DNA from: Epiperipatus broadwayi
Lineage: Eukaryota > Animalia > Onychophora
Assembly: GCA_028023455.1 (NCBI GenBank)
Contig: JAQFVV010000005.1
Span: 2,914,001-2,978,000, forward strand
DNA length: 64,000 nt
Direction of reading: 5' to 3'
In this document: piece by piece, positions 51,081 to 64,000 of the stretch
How the letters are laid out: each line of letters begins with the position of its first letter
Numbering within the stretch: the stretch's first letter is position 1
Program-made: the position numbers and the translations under genes
The notes under the pieces: model-generated
What the model was told of the DNA's origin: nothing
Seen by the model: the letters and a program-made list of their open reading frames with translations, nothing else
Database searches by the model: none

Positions 51081-51295
51081 TTGTATTTATATATTGAACT
51101 ATTTCCATCATCTAATATAAGTATTGAATGTCTTTTGAAAAATTTAACTTTATTTAAATATTCTAAATACATTCAACTGTTAATACCACGCACTAACAGT
51201 TGAATGTATATGAAATATTTAAATAAAGTTAAATTTTTCTAAAGACATTCAATACTTATATTAGATGATGGAAATAGTCCAATATATAAATATAA
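51081..51295. repeat. Long near-perfect AT-rich palindrome, arms about 102 bp, 11-nt loop
   Basis: Arms 51081-51182 and 51194-51295, loop ataccacgcac. Related sequence occurs at 53422-53470, 53770-53815 and ~38850-38920. Confidence 0.9.
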
Positions 51296-52524
51296 TTTAA
51301 GTATATTGTTTATACTAACTAAGTGAATCTGAAATACAGCATGGAGAAAAAAAATTAATTTAAAACTCAATATTCTGGTTATCAAGCAATTAATTACCTT
51401 GGCAATTAGCAGTCATTTTAAAAGTGAAGTCATTGATAGACAAATCCAATTAAATTGCTTATTAAAGAACATAAGAAGAAAGAAGGTTATAGAAATATAA
51501 TTAAAAACATTAAACATTTTACCTATCTCTTTTTGATGACTTGGATAGGCAGGAGTAAAATAAAAAGTTCCATCAAATTAATCAGCAGTTATTTAGTATT
51601 TAGGTTGCTGAGTTCAGTTTCGAGAGAGAAGTTATTTTAAGAGTTCTCAACAGAATCAAAAAATAGATAACAAAACAAAAAAGTGTTGCAGCCACTAAAA
51701 TATTGTGGAATAAATTAAAAGGAAAGTTGTAAGTATTATTAAAATCTTTCCAATATTTTAATAACAAGGAATCTAGTATTTTTTTGAAAATTTCCATCAA
51801 TATGTATGGCTAGAATATCATTTCATGGATTGTCTAATTTTTCAATCATCCTCTAAACAACTGATAAACATGTGTACTATTTACAGATTAACATATTTTG
51901 ATTGCTATTGTCAAGGCAGAGCTAAAATGTATTAAGGTTGCATTTAAGATTTTTAAGATTTTTTACAAATATATGATATTGGTAGTGCCTTTAATATATT
52001 ATAAAACACTTCATAAAAATTTGAAAGAACAATGGAAGATTACCCAATTAAGCCCTATGATTTTTCAGCTTACCTGCATATGAATATTAAATTGATAAAA
52101 AAGCAAATTCTTGTTTGCAATTATAGATATATTGCAACTATATTTATATAAAATGAAACATTTTAAAAGAATCTGTAATATAAAAGTAGTTAAACAACTT
52201 GTAAATAATGACTACAACAAACTTTCATAGATGATAAATCAATGACAAGACAGTACTCACTAAATTATTTAGTTGTTGGTAGTGAGGATTTAAGAAAATT
52301 TCTACGTTTGTATTACCCTCTTCTATGATTATGTAAATACCCATAGATAAATACTCAATTGTTGACTGATGTAGAGTGGTTAGTTGTGTTAGCCCAGATA
52401 CTTAAAAAAATCCAATTCAATTGGGAAAAAAATCACCTTTATATAATCTGGATACCAAATCATTGATTACGTACATGCACTACTGTTGTACAAGATCCTT
52501 CAACAACAAGGATTTACCTCTCAC

Positions 52525-52616
52525 CTAATTCTTTCCTCCAAAAGTCTTTTATGATGGATGTTGTGTGTGACCTTAATTTCTTTTTCAACTTTCACCAATA
52601 GCTCATTAATTCTTTG
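52525..52616 (-). CDS. Candidate exon, coiled-coil-like (QRINELLVKVEKEIKVTHNIHHKRLLEERI)
   Basis: Possible ...catcgaacAG acceptor and AG|gtgaga donor. Open frame with protein-like composition. No homology recognised. Confidence 0.3.
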
Positions 52617-53636
52617 CTGTTCGATGGTGGAAAAGATTCCTCATATATTTTTCAGATTTTTTTATACATATATGGTAAGTAATAAAGACAGTAAATGTCT
52701 TATCATTAACATTGAACCCCTAAGGTCTTTCTTCCAATTTGACTGATTTGAATGATTTTTGATATTTTATAGATAATAATATAGAATAAAAAAGTGTTTC
52801 AATTGCAGAATTATTGGAAAAATATTGGTTATCAATATGGTCACAGAACCTAAAAATAGTTTTACTAATGAAAACTTAGGTTTTCAAAAATTGAAAATAT
52901 ATTGAATGATGATTATATTTATCATAACAACGCAGACTGAGAATGAATCATTACCATATAGGTCATATACTCAGGACATATACAAAAGATCTGTAAATAA
53001 AAAGATTTGCTAAGAATCAGTTTGTTGTATATTTACATTAAAAATGAATATTTTATTGCTGAAAACTATACGATGATTATATTATTAAACAGTGAATCTT
53101 ACGATATTTGTTAACATACATTAAATATATTTTTTCTCTCTCTCTCTCTCTTCTCTTTTTTGGCGATTTAATAGGCAACCAGTATTGACAAAATATAATT
53201 ATTAGAAAAAATCGTTTTTAGTATATCATCATCATCATCATTATTATTTATTGAAATGGTTACTGCTGATTATGATGATTCATAATTAAGAACCCATTTG
53301 AAAAATGTAAAATGAAAAAATAAGCTTTGCTTTAATTTTTTTTGATGCAAACCATATATATTTTACAAATTCAAAATTCAACAAAACATCATATGACTTT
53401 CTTGGCTTACTAAGACGTCATATGTTGCACTATTTCCATCATTTATGAGTGAATGTTGAAAAAAAATTAAAGAACTCCGGAGGATTTGAACCAACCCTCA
53501 TATATAAATATATCAAATTTGCCTTTGACAGAATAGCTCAGTTTGCCTTAATTCGATATTCAAAAATCTAAAGGTGCGAGTTCAACTTCTAAGCCAACTT
53601 CTAGGTGAAAATTGCCACTGTGCATATAGTCCAACA

Positions 53637-53681
53637 ACACCTGAAGAAGAGTTGATAATAATACTACTTGAAACGTTGTGT
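53637..53681 (+). ncRNA. Minimal hammerhead ribozyme (ACGT stem III type), stem II decayed
   Basis: acac CTGAAGA agagttgataataatactactt GAA ACGT T gtgt. Stem I acac/gtgt, palindromic ACGT, GUU site. A tRNA-like head precedes it at 53534-53588. Confidence 0.6.
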
Positions 53682-54658
53682 AATTACTAACCTGTATTGT
53701 TTATTTGTGTGTTATTACTAACAAGTTGCTTGTATTTGGAAAGTTTAAATAAAATTTAAACAAAATTTCTTTACATTCAACATTCACTCATAAATGATAG
53801 AAATAGTCCAACATATCACATCTTATAATATACCATCATTACAAACCTTCAAACAAATTCTTGACTTACTATTTCTAACTTGTGCTTCCAAGAGTCACCC
53901 AAATCAAAAATCATCTATGTAAGCTGCATAATTATGGAATACTAGATGGTAGTACTATATTATCTATATTTCTAGATGCTTTTTGCCTTTGACAATGAAG
54001 ACTTAGGATTCAAAGCTGATTCTAGTGCACTTGTGCATCTGCCATCTTTGATTTCTTTATACTATTCAAGATGATAGCTTAAAATTCAAAGAACTCTAAG
54101 CTTTTAAATCCTAGTCAACTCATTTGCTTAGATATTTAGATACACATTTTTTAATAAACTCATAAATGTGTTACAGCTATTAAATATGTGATGCTGACAT
54201 TATAAACTTATCTACAAAACAGTTAAGTCTATTATTAAATAATAGATTGGCATTGGTATGAGAAAATTGGTTTGTTTGCAAGTTTGTTCTAAAATTGAAT
54301 CTTCAAGAATTGCACTAGGAAATTTTTGAAATAATATATTCAGTTTTAATTGCATTATGAATAAATTTATACCCCCAATGTTACATATTTAGTAGATGTA
54401 ATTTACTTATAAATTTATTATTATAATTTGGAACTACATCTTTGAAATATGTATAAAATAGTCTTACTATCTAATATCCATTTATTAGCTAAACTTAAGA
54501 AGAAAATTAAAAGCTCATACAAACATAAGTTTAAGAACAAAGACAATTATATCTAAAATATGCATATACTAATGTTGCAGATCAGAAAACTGGAAAAAAA
54601 ATGGGAGTTTTTAAAAAAGAGAATAACTCTGTAGCATTTGTAAATTGAAACTAAAGTT

Positions 54659-54738
54659 AAATCACTAAACATCACGTGATCATCATTCTTTATGCCTACT
54701 CTGAGTGGCACTACTCTATGGAGAATTTTGCCTCTGTG
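54659..54738. mobile_element. 80-bp inverted-structure relic of the 455-bp retrozyme family
   Basis: Antisense aaatcactaaacatcacgtgatc is joined to sense gtggcactactctatggagaattttgcctctgtg. TSD TGAAACTA(A/C)AGTT at 54646-54658 and 54739-54751. Confidence 0.72.
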
Positions 54739-56494
54739 TGAAACTACAGTTGCAGCAGGTATAATTGCAGGTGTTATTATAATTTTCTATTAGATCTGAA
54801 ATTATAATATTTACCAAAGTAATTAATAAACATATGAATACTATCACCAAGGCACTCCTTTTAGACTTTCTATCTTTCTACAAGCAAAAAAGGTCCTGAA
54901 AAAAGTATGAAGAAGATTCAGTTAAGCTTTTTAATGCATAAAAACTCTTATGACTGTTAAATTATGAGTTTAAAAAATAAGTGACTTGTCAACAATATAG
55001 TACATGTCACAAGACATAGAATATGGAAGAAGTAAAAAAACTCAAAAATAAATATTAGCAGTAAAGAAAAAGTGATGCACAACACTAGAAAAAGAATTCA
55101 TTTGAAAAATCTATACTATATTTGAATGTTATACCAAAACACTAACAAATGGCATCTTAATTTATCTTCACTCATTCCTTTACACATTGATTAGTATATA
55201 TCCATATAATACCTATTATGAAATATATTTTATTTGATTGCATGATAAAGTGATTAAAGAAGGTATATAAATGGCAACATATAAAAAGGGCTTGTCACTG
55301 CTTCATATTAAATTAAAATAAAAAGCATATTGTTATATACCTTTTAAAAATAATTTATTGAGTATAACGATGCATATTAGTTATTTTAGTTATATTAAAG
55401 TATTAGGAATTTTAAACTTCTCTCTTGATAAATATTTTTTGCTCTCTGTATAGCTTCTCTTTCAAGTGCTTCATACGCTTTTAATTTTATATATTATATT
55501 AAAGATATATTTATTTAATCTGGTTTGCAATCAGTCTATGTATTGTTGTTTTCTCTCTGCTATATTACACCTTTAGTAAATTCAAGTTCTCCTTGCAGCT
55601 ATAATCTTCATTATCTAAAAATACATTCTGTACTGGAAGAATAGCAAATAAATGATGCCAACCAATGTAATGGTATCTTCTTAAAGGATATAAAACTATA
55701 TTACCCCCCTCCTCCTCTCCCAAAAACTGGACTTATAACTCTTTCTGTATATATGTATAATTTTGGTACTCCCAAATATGGTGTATCTCCAATGCATTCT
55801 ATAAAAAGAAGATACCATCAATTGTCAGATATATGTGGAATAAACTTAGATAATTTTAGGAGCATATAATTAAAGTAATCTCATGCCCACCTAAAGTTTC
55901 AAACAAAGTTTAAGATTTAATATCTAATCACTTTAATAAACTTATAAACAAATAATGTTTATTACATATGAAGTGTTGAGAATATATTTTATTATTTGCC
56001 TATTGGAGATGTATTTTTTATAAAATTTTCTCAGCATTATATATTTAACAGCTATAATTTATATATGGTTTTATTAATAATATTAGAATTTAAATCTTGA
56101 TTGTTATTTTAAATCATAAATTGGCTTGATAAATATTTAAAAAAGGTCATCCTAATAATACCTTTCCAGTATCAATGTTCTATTCTATTTGTTATATAAC
56201 AATATGGTAGATGGAAGATTGCTGACGAATATAATAATTCAAATAGGTGATTGAACTGAACCCTTTGTAAAATTTTATGTTTAACCATGTTTATCACTTA
56301 GTATCAATTAATTTTTTATATTAGGGAGCATTTTATCAAATAAAGAATGGATTTATTGCAGTTAAAGATTTTATACACTTTCAGAAAACTTATTTTTCAA
56401 CAAAATTATAAAATGAGGTTAAACAGTAAAGTAAGCATAAGTCTTAATTTATTTTGAAAGCCTATTTTAGGGTATTATTAAAAATAAAGCTTGT

Positions 56495-56600
56495 CAAGCA
56501 TTGGTGGTTAAGAGGTCAGTGACAGTTGCTTTACAAGCAGTTGTCCCAGGTTAGTGGGTTCACTTCCCAGCTGATGCTATGACACATGGGAAGAAAAAAG
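56495..56600 (+). mobile_element. tRNA-Gly-derived SINE, short variant
   Basis: caagcattggtggttaagagg...cccagctgatgctatgacacatggg plus an A-rich tail. TSD ATAAA(G/A)CTTGT at 56484-56494 and 56601-56611. Confidence 0.88.
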
Positions 56601-56957
56601 ATAAAACTTGTATATAGCAACTTTTTCATGTTATAAATTCAGTTTTCTGTATAGGTATGTAGATCTAATAAGATACTTTAAAGTAGATTGAGTAAGCATT
56701 TAATAAAGATACCATTCAATAATTTTTAGAGCTTTTTATTTGATCTAAAATTATTATAGCTTTGATTTAATGCCAAATGTTTGGAATAAATTCTGCACTA
56801 TTAATATTGCTGTATAGTTTGGCCAGCTATATTTAGACTTTATGTCCTAAATTTTTAAATACTCTAGATAGATGCTATATACCCATGAAGCATTTCTTGC
56901 TTGCAGACATTCAAGAAGATTATATTCATCATTATCTACCAGTATTATTAGAACATT

Positions 56958-57067
56958 TTTCTTTTCCATATGTCATAGCATTGGCCAGGATGCAAACCCA
57001 CAACCGTATGCAACCAACTACTTGCTTGCATGGCGGCTGCAATACCTCTCAGCTAACAATGCAAGAT
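56958..57067 (-). mobile_element. tRNA-Gly-derived SINE, long variant
   Basis: Shares the gcaagtagttggttgca.acggttgtggg insert with the 25.9-kb copy. TSD TATTATTAGAACATT at 56943-56957 and 57068-57082. Confidence 0.9.
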
Positions 57068-57640
57068 TATTATTAGAACATTGGTTTGTGAAGTGATATG
57101 TAATGATTAGCACATCCAGCATTCATGCTCCCTAACTGCAAATCAAAATCCAATGGGAATTTTTTTTTTTTTTCAAATACATAAGATTTTCCAAACAAAT
57201 TGGTTATCATAATCAATTCCATTTCAGATAATGCTTGTTGACAATATTAATGTGTTAGTATAAAGTTATTCATAAAACCACAAAGAAAAAGAAAAACCAC
57301 ACTATAAAAATTAACATTGACTAAATAGTAATCTTCAATATTTGTTAATAGATGTTTGATTCATTCTGAAAAAAGAGTTTTGCTCTATTCTTAACTATTT
57401 AAAATTGTCTTATCTTAAATTTGACTGACTATATATCTCTAATACAGCCCATTGTGTTTATCCAGCAATTTTCCAGTGATAAGTAACAAGCAAAAAAGCA
57501 AACATTAGAACTGTGATTTTACAATTTACATTCTTTTTTAACTCTTTTGCTAAGAATAATTAGATATCAATTTATTGATGGATTTTGTATTTCAATCAAG
57601 ATTAGCTGTTTATACAATATATTTTAAGTATAGTTAAAAT

Positions 57641-57860
57641 CTGAAAGCGCAAAATATAAAATGCGCTAACATGCACAAGCACACAAAGCTGAAGACAAAT
57701 AAAGAAATGTATATATATATTTATTTACATGGCTAAGTGGTTTCAAGGGTCAGAGCCCTCATATTCATAGCATTTTGTAAATAGACAAGAAATTGATTAG
57801 GAGTGATGAGTGGCTTTGTGTGCTTGTATGTGTTAGTGCATTTTATATTTTGCTCTTTAG
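57641..57860. repeat. MITE-like element: inverted arms of about 49 bp around a ~120-bp spacer
   Basis: 57641-57689 versus the reverse complement of 57813-57860 (aaag.gcaaaatataaaatgc.ctaaca...caagcacacaaagc). No TSD identified. Confidence 0.6.
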
Positions 57861-60704
57861 AACAATTAGCCACAAAGTTTAAACTGTTTCCTCATTTAAA
57901 ATCTGAAAAGAAATCCAAATCTGCATACTAAATTCTGTTACTATGTCATGGTCAGTTATACTAACTTCTCTATTATGAGGCCCTTCTTATATTTTAATAG
58001 ATATGTATTTAATTCTAAAGCACTCATTGATTTTGAGTTCAGATGAAGAGGTATAAATTAATAAACATAAATTAATTAATTGCTAATTTATTTTGGGCTT
58101 GTTGGTATTAAATTTTGAAGTTAACTTAAACCTTCTAATTTAAATACTGAATGAATCTTTTATAGTAACTGTTATAAGACATGGTTTGAGATTTTAGATC
58201 TATTAGTGGAACTGTAATACTTATCAAGTACATATCAGGCTATTGGGGCAACATTCATAAATATTCATATCTTTGCTATCATTGGGCATAATATTACAAT
58301 TATATTTTTTATTTTACAATAAATGCATTATCATCCATATGACCAATCTTTATTAACTCAGGACTCTCTTCTTTGAGTAATAATAAATATATATTTATTT
58401 ACCTGTAAGTAATACATGACTAGTCAAGTTGGATATGAGTGTTTACTGAAAAAAAAACCTTAAGCCTACTTGTGATCTAAAAAAATTCCAAGGTTCACAG
58501 TGTGGTATGCCAACTCGATATCATAATCTTTATGTTATGCAACTCTCCTATCACATTGTTCATAGAATTAATAAATAAATGTTTAAATAAGATAGTAATT
58601 GTGTTTTATCTATTAGCTAACAGCATAGTTCTATGTAATAGTAATCTCAATTACAGAGGCACATGTTTAGTGTCTAATATTGATTATTATAATCAAAGAA
58701 GTTACTGTCAAAAACTTGTGTGCTCCGTAACTTGCATTCTGTAGATAAAAGGAAATATGTTTCTGCTTCCAGAGAGAACAATGGTGAGATGTTAAACTTC
58801 CAGCGATTTTTATCTAATAGTGATTTAAAAAGTGCAAATATACAACAAGGAAAATATGTATATGCTTTTCAGAGAATTTGATAAAGCACTATCTCAAATT
58901 TATTGATGTCATTGAATATATATGTTACTGGCAAGAATGCCTAGACATATTATACATTACTTGATGTTTTTGGGCATAGTATGAAATTTCTTTTTTATTT
59001 TAATTTTTTATATATTTTCCTTAGATATTGTAAAAATATCTTTGGCAAAGTATTAAATAGGCTTTATTGAAAAGATCCATGGAAAAATGTAAGAAATATA
59101 AAATATAAGTTGGGATTTTCAAATTTAACTCATACTGTAAAATAGTAGAATAAAAGTTGCTGTCAAAAATGTTTTATTTTTATTTTTTGAGATTAAATTA
59201 TAAATGTTTATCTATATATTGAATTTTTGATGTTATAACGGAGTTTCACTTTTTAAATTTCAAGTATGGCAATATTATTTCTTACTGACAAGCTCTCTGT
59301 TGAAAAGTCATAATAATAAATTATCACGTGATGATGGTAGTAAAATGCTGAGTTTTATATAAAGATCAAATAAAACAAAAAGAAAATAATGGTATTTTTT
59401 ATACTATTATTTTAGAAATAAAGTGCCAAGAGTGAAAGATATTAAAATTGTATAAATCTTCAAGAATGTAAGGTATTTCTAATTAATTATCTTTCTAGTC
59501 TTCATTAACTAACTGTAAGATGTACACATAAGATTTACTAACACTTTCATTCACTGAGTTTATTAATTATGTGTTAAATGTGTGTAATTTTTTGTATTTG
59601 TGATATCAAATGTTTTTCTGGGAGTATTTTATACTTTGCTGATTTTCCTTTAGTCATTTTATAGAGTGCTTAGGAAATGTGTGAAAATGTAAGCATTTTA
59701 TACATGAACATTTCATTTTTGGCATTGTATAAAATTTCTAGGCATTCTATACAATGCTGGCTTTCATACCTTTCGGATAACATATATATATATAATTGAA
59801 AGATTAGTTGCTTGGTAGGTCATTTGATGTTTGACCACAAATAATAGAGCGTTTACTATTGTTCCATCCTATTCTACAGTTAAATAATTAACTAATATAG
59901 CATAATTGAATACTTTAATTTATACTATTATAAATTATAACTATAATGTACCTAATAAGTACCTATGTAGTTGCATTATATTAACAAATAAATATCTTTT
60001 TTAGATTCATATTTTACTTATTTCATTATTTATCAAATTCACTGACTTTTTTTCATTGACATAAATGTAGTAGTCCATTTTCCTGCAAGGAAATACTGTT
60101 TATTTATTTATTTAAAGATAAGAAGAATATAGCTTGCATAAAGTTTTCAAAGACGACTCACATTGCGTATGTAATGTCAATAAGCCTAAAGCAGGTTTTT
60201 TCTAATTTAATTATCTAATATTAAAACAAAGAAGACCCTGTATATGACAGATAATCAACATTTACTAATTAATTAAAAAAGCAAATGCTAACACGCAAAT
60301 ACACATTTATTTGGTCAAATAAGTGTGTATTTAATTAAACTATTTTAAATGTATCCATTATCATCATTTTTTAAACGTTATTTAAATCCGTCAAACTTAT
60401 AAAAGGTCTTATAAAACGGTTTTAGTATAGTAGATTACTTTATACTTCTTAATCTCAATGCCTAAAAATTGTAAGTATAAGTATTATAGTATTAATTGTT
60501 TTTATTACTTGGTTTGGTAACGAGTTGAGGGAAAACGTTACAAGATCTAGATTTTGAAATATCACGAAATATATCTCTAAATATTTTGCAACTTTTTTTT
60601 TCTTCGGATTTTAAGGCCCAAATTTTTTTATTACTTGTTTTTATTACTTGTTTTTTTATTTATTATTATTTGTTTTTATTTCTGGCTAACAATAGCTTAT
60701 TGTG

Positions 60705-62880
60705 CATCAGCGCCAACCATTGGACATTGAGGCTCCGGGCACAAATATGAAGTGGGTCCCCAGTAAATAAAAAAAGTGAATAAATAAATGAAATCTTTAA
60801 TTTTTAATACAAGAAAGGAGCATATACATTTATTCTTATATAAATAGTAATACTTAACTTATAGAATATTAATATTACTATGAAAGAAAAAAAATTAATA
60901 TAACTTTATTTTCCTTGCTTTAATTTCAACAATTTTATCTATTATCTCACTTAAATTTAAGTCTTCCCACAATATATTTTCTATGGAAAGCAACGTTACG
61001 TTGGATAGTTTTTCGTGTGTCATTGTGGATCTTAAATAGTTTTTTTATTATTTTAAGTTCTGACAAAATATGTTCGGACTCAGCAGTTATTGTCGGAATT
61101 GTTAATAAAATTCTTAACATATATATATATATATTGTATTGTTGATTAAAATAAGGTAGTTCGGAGAAGAGCCCCACTAGCAGTGTCCAGGCATATTCCC
61201 CAATGACCAACCTAAAGAAGCTACTGTTGTACATATTTAATACAGTGGTCTGATTGTGGACTTGCAAGTGAAAAGGTTTAGTAATCCATATCTTACAAAT
61301 TTTAGTGTGAGTAAAATTCACTATGATTATACATTTGCAGATACATGTTGAATGGCTAGCTAGATTGGCTTTACACTGATTATCTGGAAAAAATACTAAG
61401 AACACATAATACATTTTTTATCTGCTTTAAAAATGTATTATTCTAAACTTGAATTTAGATTATGAACAAGATATGCTGAAGTGCAGAGGTCTATGTTACA
61501 GGGGTTAGACAAAATATATTGCATCTTTCATTGGGCATTATGAAAATATCTACTTGTAAAATATTTTTTATTCTATAGATAAATATGTAAATAAGCTATA
61601 AAAAGCATGTGACCAGAATACATATTGTTTTTTTAGGCCTATAAAATTATAGATTTATTAACTAGTACTCAAATAGAATCCACAATCAAAACTAATAAAT
61701 TGTTGAATGCTTCAAGTTTGACTATCTTAAAGAAAATATTCAGTAAAAAATGAAGAATAAAATTCACTGAAACTAATTATAGTCGTCACAATTAGGTAAA
61801 ATATTATAATCCAAAAAAACATGATTCTATGGCAGAACAAATTATGGTGAAGTTAGTATATATGTAATCACTCCAATGTCTACCAGATAAATTTATTATT
61901 TTGCATGAAGTGTATTGTGGGAGTGAGATAATATTCATAGTATCTATTTATGATTTAGAAACAGTTCCAGTTATATACATAAAAATTAGATGTTGGATAA
62001 TGAAAAATCTATCATATAATCAAACTAATTATTATTTATTATTTTTAAAACCACTGAATAATTTTAGTCTGATGACAACCAAAAGAAAACTTATACCACT
62101 GACTTTCTACTGTCAAGTATTATAGTTGAATGAAGTATTCATAATTAACATAATTAATGCTATATTACAAAGCAACAGATGCAAAAGCTGAAGATTCCTA
62201 GATCAGAGCTCAACTTAATCATGGCTAGCTATCACATGATCTCGTAAGCAAATGGATTCAAAAGCTAAAGATCCTTGAATCAAACCCTAACAACATCGCT
62301 TTTAGTACTCAAACATCACAACGTTTGGCACAAATGGATTCAATGCTAAAGTTTTTTAATCAACTCTATAAATGCTGTTGATCTCAACACACATGAATTG
62401 TGATGCAAATAGACACAAAAACTGAAGATTTTTTGAACAAAGCTCAAGATGTACCTTTTAGTTTTCAAACATCACATAACCTCCAGAGCAACTGAATATT
62501 TGATTATTTTTAGTTTTTATTTATCATCTCTTCTTCATAGAGATATCATAGATTCAAATTATCTAATATTTTAGAGGCCTTTGAAAAACATTGATGATCA
62601 TCTTGTCAATACTGTCAAAATGATAATGCTTTAATTTACACAACCTTAATAAAAAATGTTTGAGATATAAATATATAAAAGATGATATTACATACAAGCT
62701 AAAAGTTTTTGCAATCATCTTATTAAAATATTATTTATAATCTGTTGGGCAATTCGATGATTTTTACTGACATATTTCAGAGATTTTGATGTCTTTCTTC
62801 ATAAGGGACTATCATTTTTCTAGCTTCAAATATTACCAATAATATTGCACGTATGATAGTTGTTTTAGAGTAGTAATTAA
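60705..62880 (-). mobile_element. Decayed hAT transposon of the ZMYM1/Blackjack-like type
   Basis: ORF 60947-61414 contains LRILLTIPTITAESEHILSELKIIKK (hAT dimerisation domain, LRILLTIP.T.AS.ERSFSKLK). 62500-62860 gives GN.....SPL and IYDISMK remnants of the core. A GC-rich terminal-like sequence lies at 60707-60762. The other end was not located. Confidence 0.7.
62172..62496 (+). repeat. Degenerate tandem repeat, four units of about 75-83 bp
   Basis: Units start at ~62172, 62248, 62330 and 62405 with gcaa(a)(t)gga(t)(t)caaaagct(g/a)aagat. A partial fifth unit starts at 62488. Confidence 0.65.
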
Positions 62881-62912
62881 TTTATTGAACCCACAGAAAG
62901 CATATGTAAATC

Positions 62913-63044
62913 CTTTAAACAGGCTTTAACCTGTGTTCAATGCGCTTTAAAATTCATAATAATCCAGGTCCCTCTATCGGCAAAATATGCTTGATTATTA
63001 CGAATTTTAAAGCGCATTGAACACAGGTTAAAACCTGTTTAAAG
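62913..63044. repeat. Hairpin: 52-bp arms with 2 mismatches and a 28-nt loop
   Basis: Arms 62913-62964 and 62993-63044. Confidence 0.92.
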
Positions 63045-63379
63045 ATAGTTGATTTAGTAATAGACGCCGCAACATTAATCTTCATAGTGGTAGCTGAAAG
63101 TAGCCATAAGACAACACTATTATATTTATATATCAATCGTTTAAAAAAAAATTGTATCAAAAAAAAAGTTTGAAAAATTATCTTTGTAAATTTTTTCATT
63201 TTTTTAATTGAACAATCTTTTTTAAAGTAGAATAAGAAAATGAGAGAAGAAATTACTGGTCTGAAACCTTCTCAGGAGATATAGATTCTTTTTTTATTTT
63301 AAAAGAAAAAAGTTTTGATTGGCAGTTGAAATTTAGTGGTTTCTTATTCGTAATCAAATATAATTTTCTGCTATTGTTG

Positions 63380-63393
63380 GTTACCATGGTAAC
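63380..63393. promoter_or_regulatory. RFX X-box (perfect palindrome GTTACCATGGTAAC) with a nearby CCAAT box
   Basis: Exact match to the GTNRCC-N2-RGYAAC consensus. GATTGGC (reverse CCAAT) lies at 63318-63324. Function not demonstrated. Confidence 0.5.
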
Positions 63394-64000
63394 AGTAATT
63401 CTTGCATTTTGACTGTTAAAAAATAAAATAAGGGCTTCAAGTTAGAATGGAGTAAAAGAAAAAAAACCTTCATTTTTAGATTGAAGATAAATAAGTATAT
63501 TCAACTTTATATATATATATATATATTACTTTTAAAATACGTATACATAAATAGGCTTTGCCTATCATGTTTTTGATCTGAGTTCGAGTCTGGCTAGTTA
63601 AAGTTTGAAAATTTTTCAGATTTCAATCATGCTTAAAATTTTTTTTTTAGAAAGTTAACCCATAACTAATGCAGACGACCATTTAATATTGGGCAATAAA
63701 TGTACATCGAACTATTTTTAGCTAATAGTAAATCGAGGATAAAAAAACATTTGAAATTCACAAAGCCCAGACAATTGAAAAAGTGGAACGTAATATCCTC
63801 TTTACATTGCAAAACTGGGGATTAATGTCTCACCTTACATTGTTTTTCTATGAGGGTCTCTTGAATAGATATATTTTTGTCATAATTATAAAAAGATTGT
63901 TTTATCTTCTTACTGTATAATATGATTTTTGAATGTATATACATTATTCTTTATAGTATATTTTGTATAATTATAGTATATTTTGTATATTACTAATCAG

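Noticed and set aside
51255-51285. gatgatgGAAAtaGTC in the 51.1-kb palindrome arm as a hammerhead
   Set aside because: Lacks CTGANGA and stem II, so it is not counted as a ribozyme.

Overview
Very AT-rich (roughly three quarters A+T by eye) eukaryotic, probably animal, genomic DNA dominated by decayed transposable elements. I found no complete intact protein-coding gene; most ORFs in the track are spurious, antisense to TE ORFs, or microsatellite translations. Recognisable elements: (1) a disrupted but near full-length Penelope-like retroelement (RT + GIY-YIG) with an inverted 5'-truncated segment and a 15-bp TSD, inserted in the 3' end of an RTE/BovB-like LINE; (2) three hAT-superfamily DNA transposon relics, two with TIRs and perfect 8-bp TSDs; (3) three RTE LINE fragments and two L1/Tx1-like 3' fragments; (4) seven copies of a ~100-bp tRNA-Gly-derived SINE; (5) a decayed LDL-receptor class A repeat cluster; (6) a few candidate host exons and an RFX X-box. 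The main signal is a set of minimal type I hammerhead ribozymes (HHRs) belonging to at least five sequence families, 12 recognisable copies in all. They occur in the PLE (atypical A3:U8 core), in a 455-bp non-coding retrozyme-like repeat, in two ~240-290-bp head-to-head twin-hammerhead insertions, in an older PLE relic, and behind a tRNA-like head. The TSD-flanked insertions share one architecture: two oppositely oriented segments with 3' ends pointing outward, ends of unequal length, 13-16-bp TSDs and terminal microhomology. This suggests a PLE-driven system of autonomous and non-autonomous ribozyme-bearing elements. All alignments, folds and family assignments were made by eye, with no database searches.
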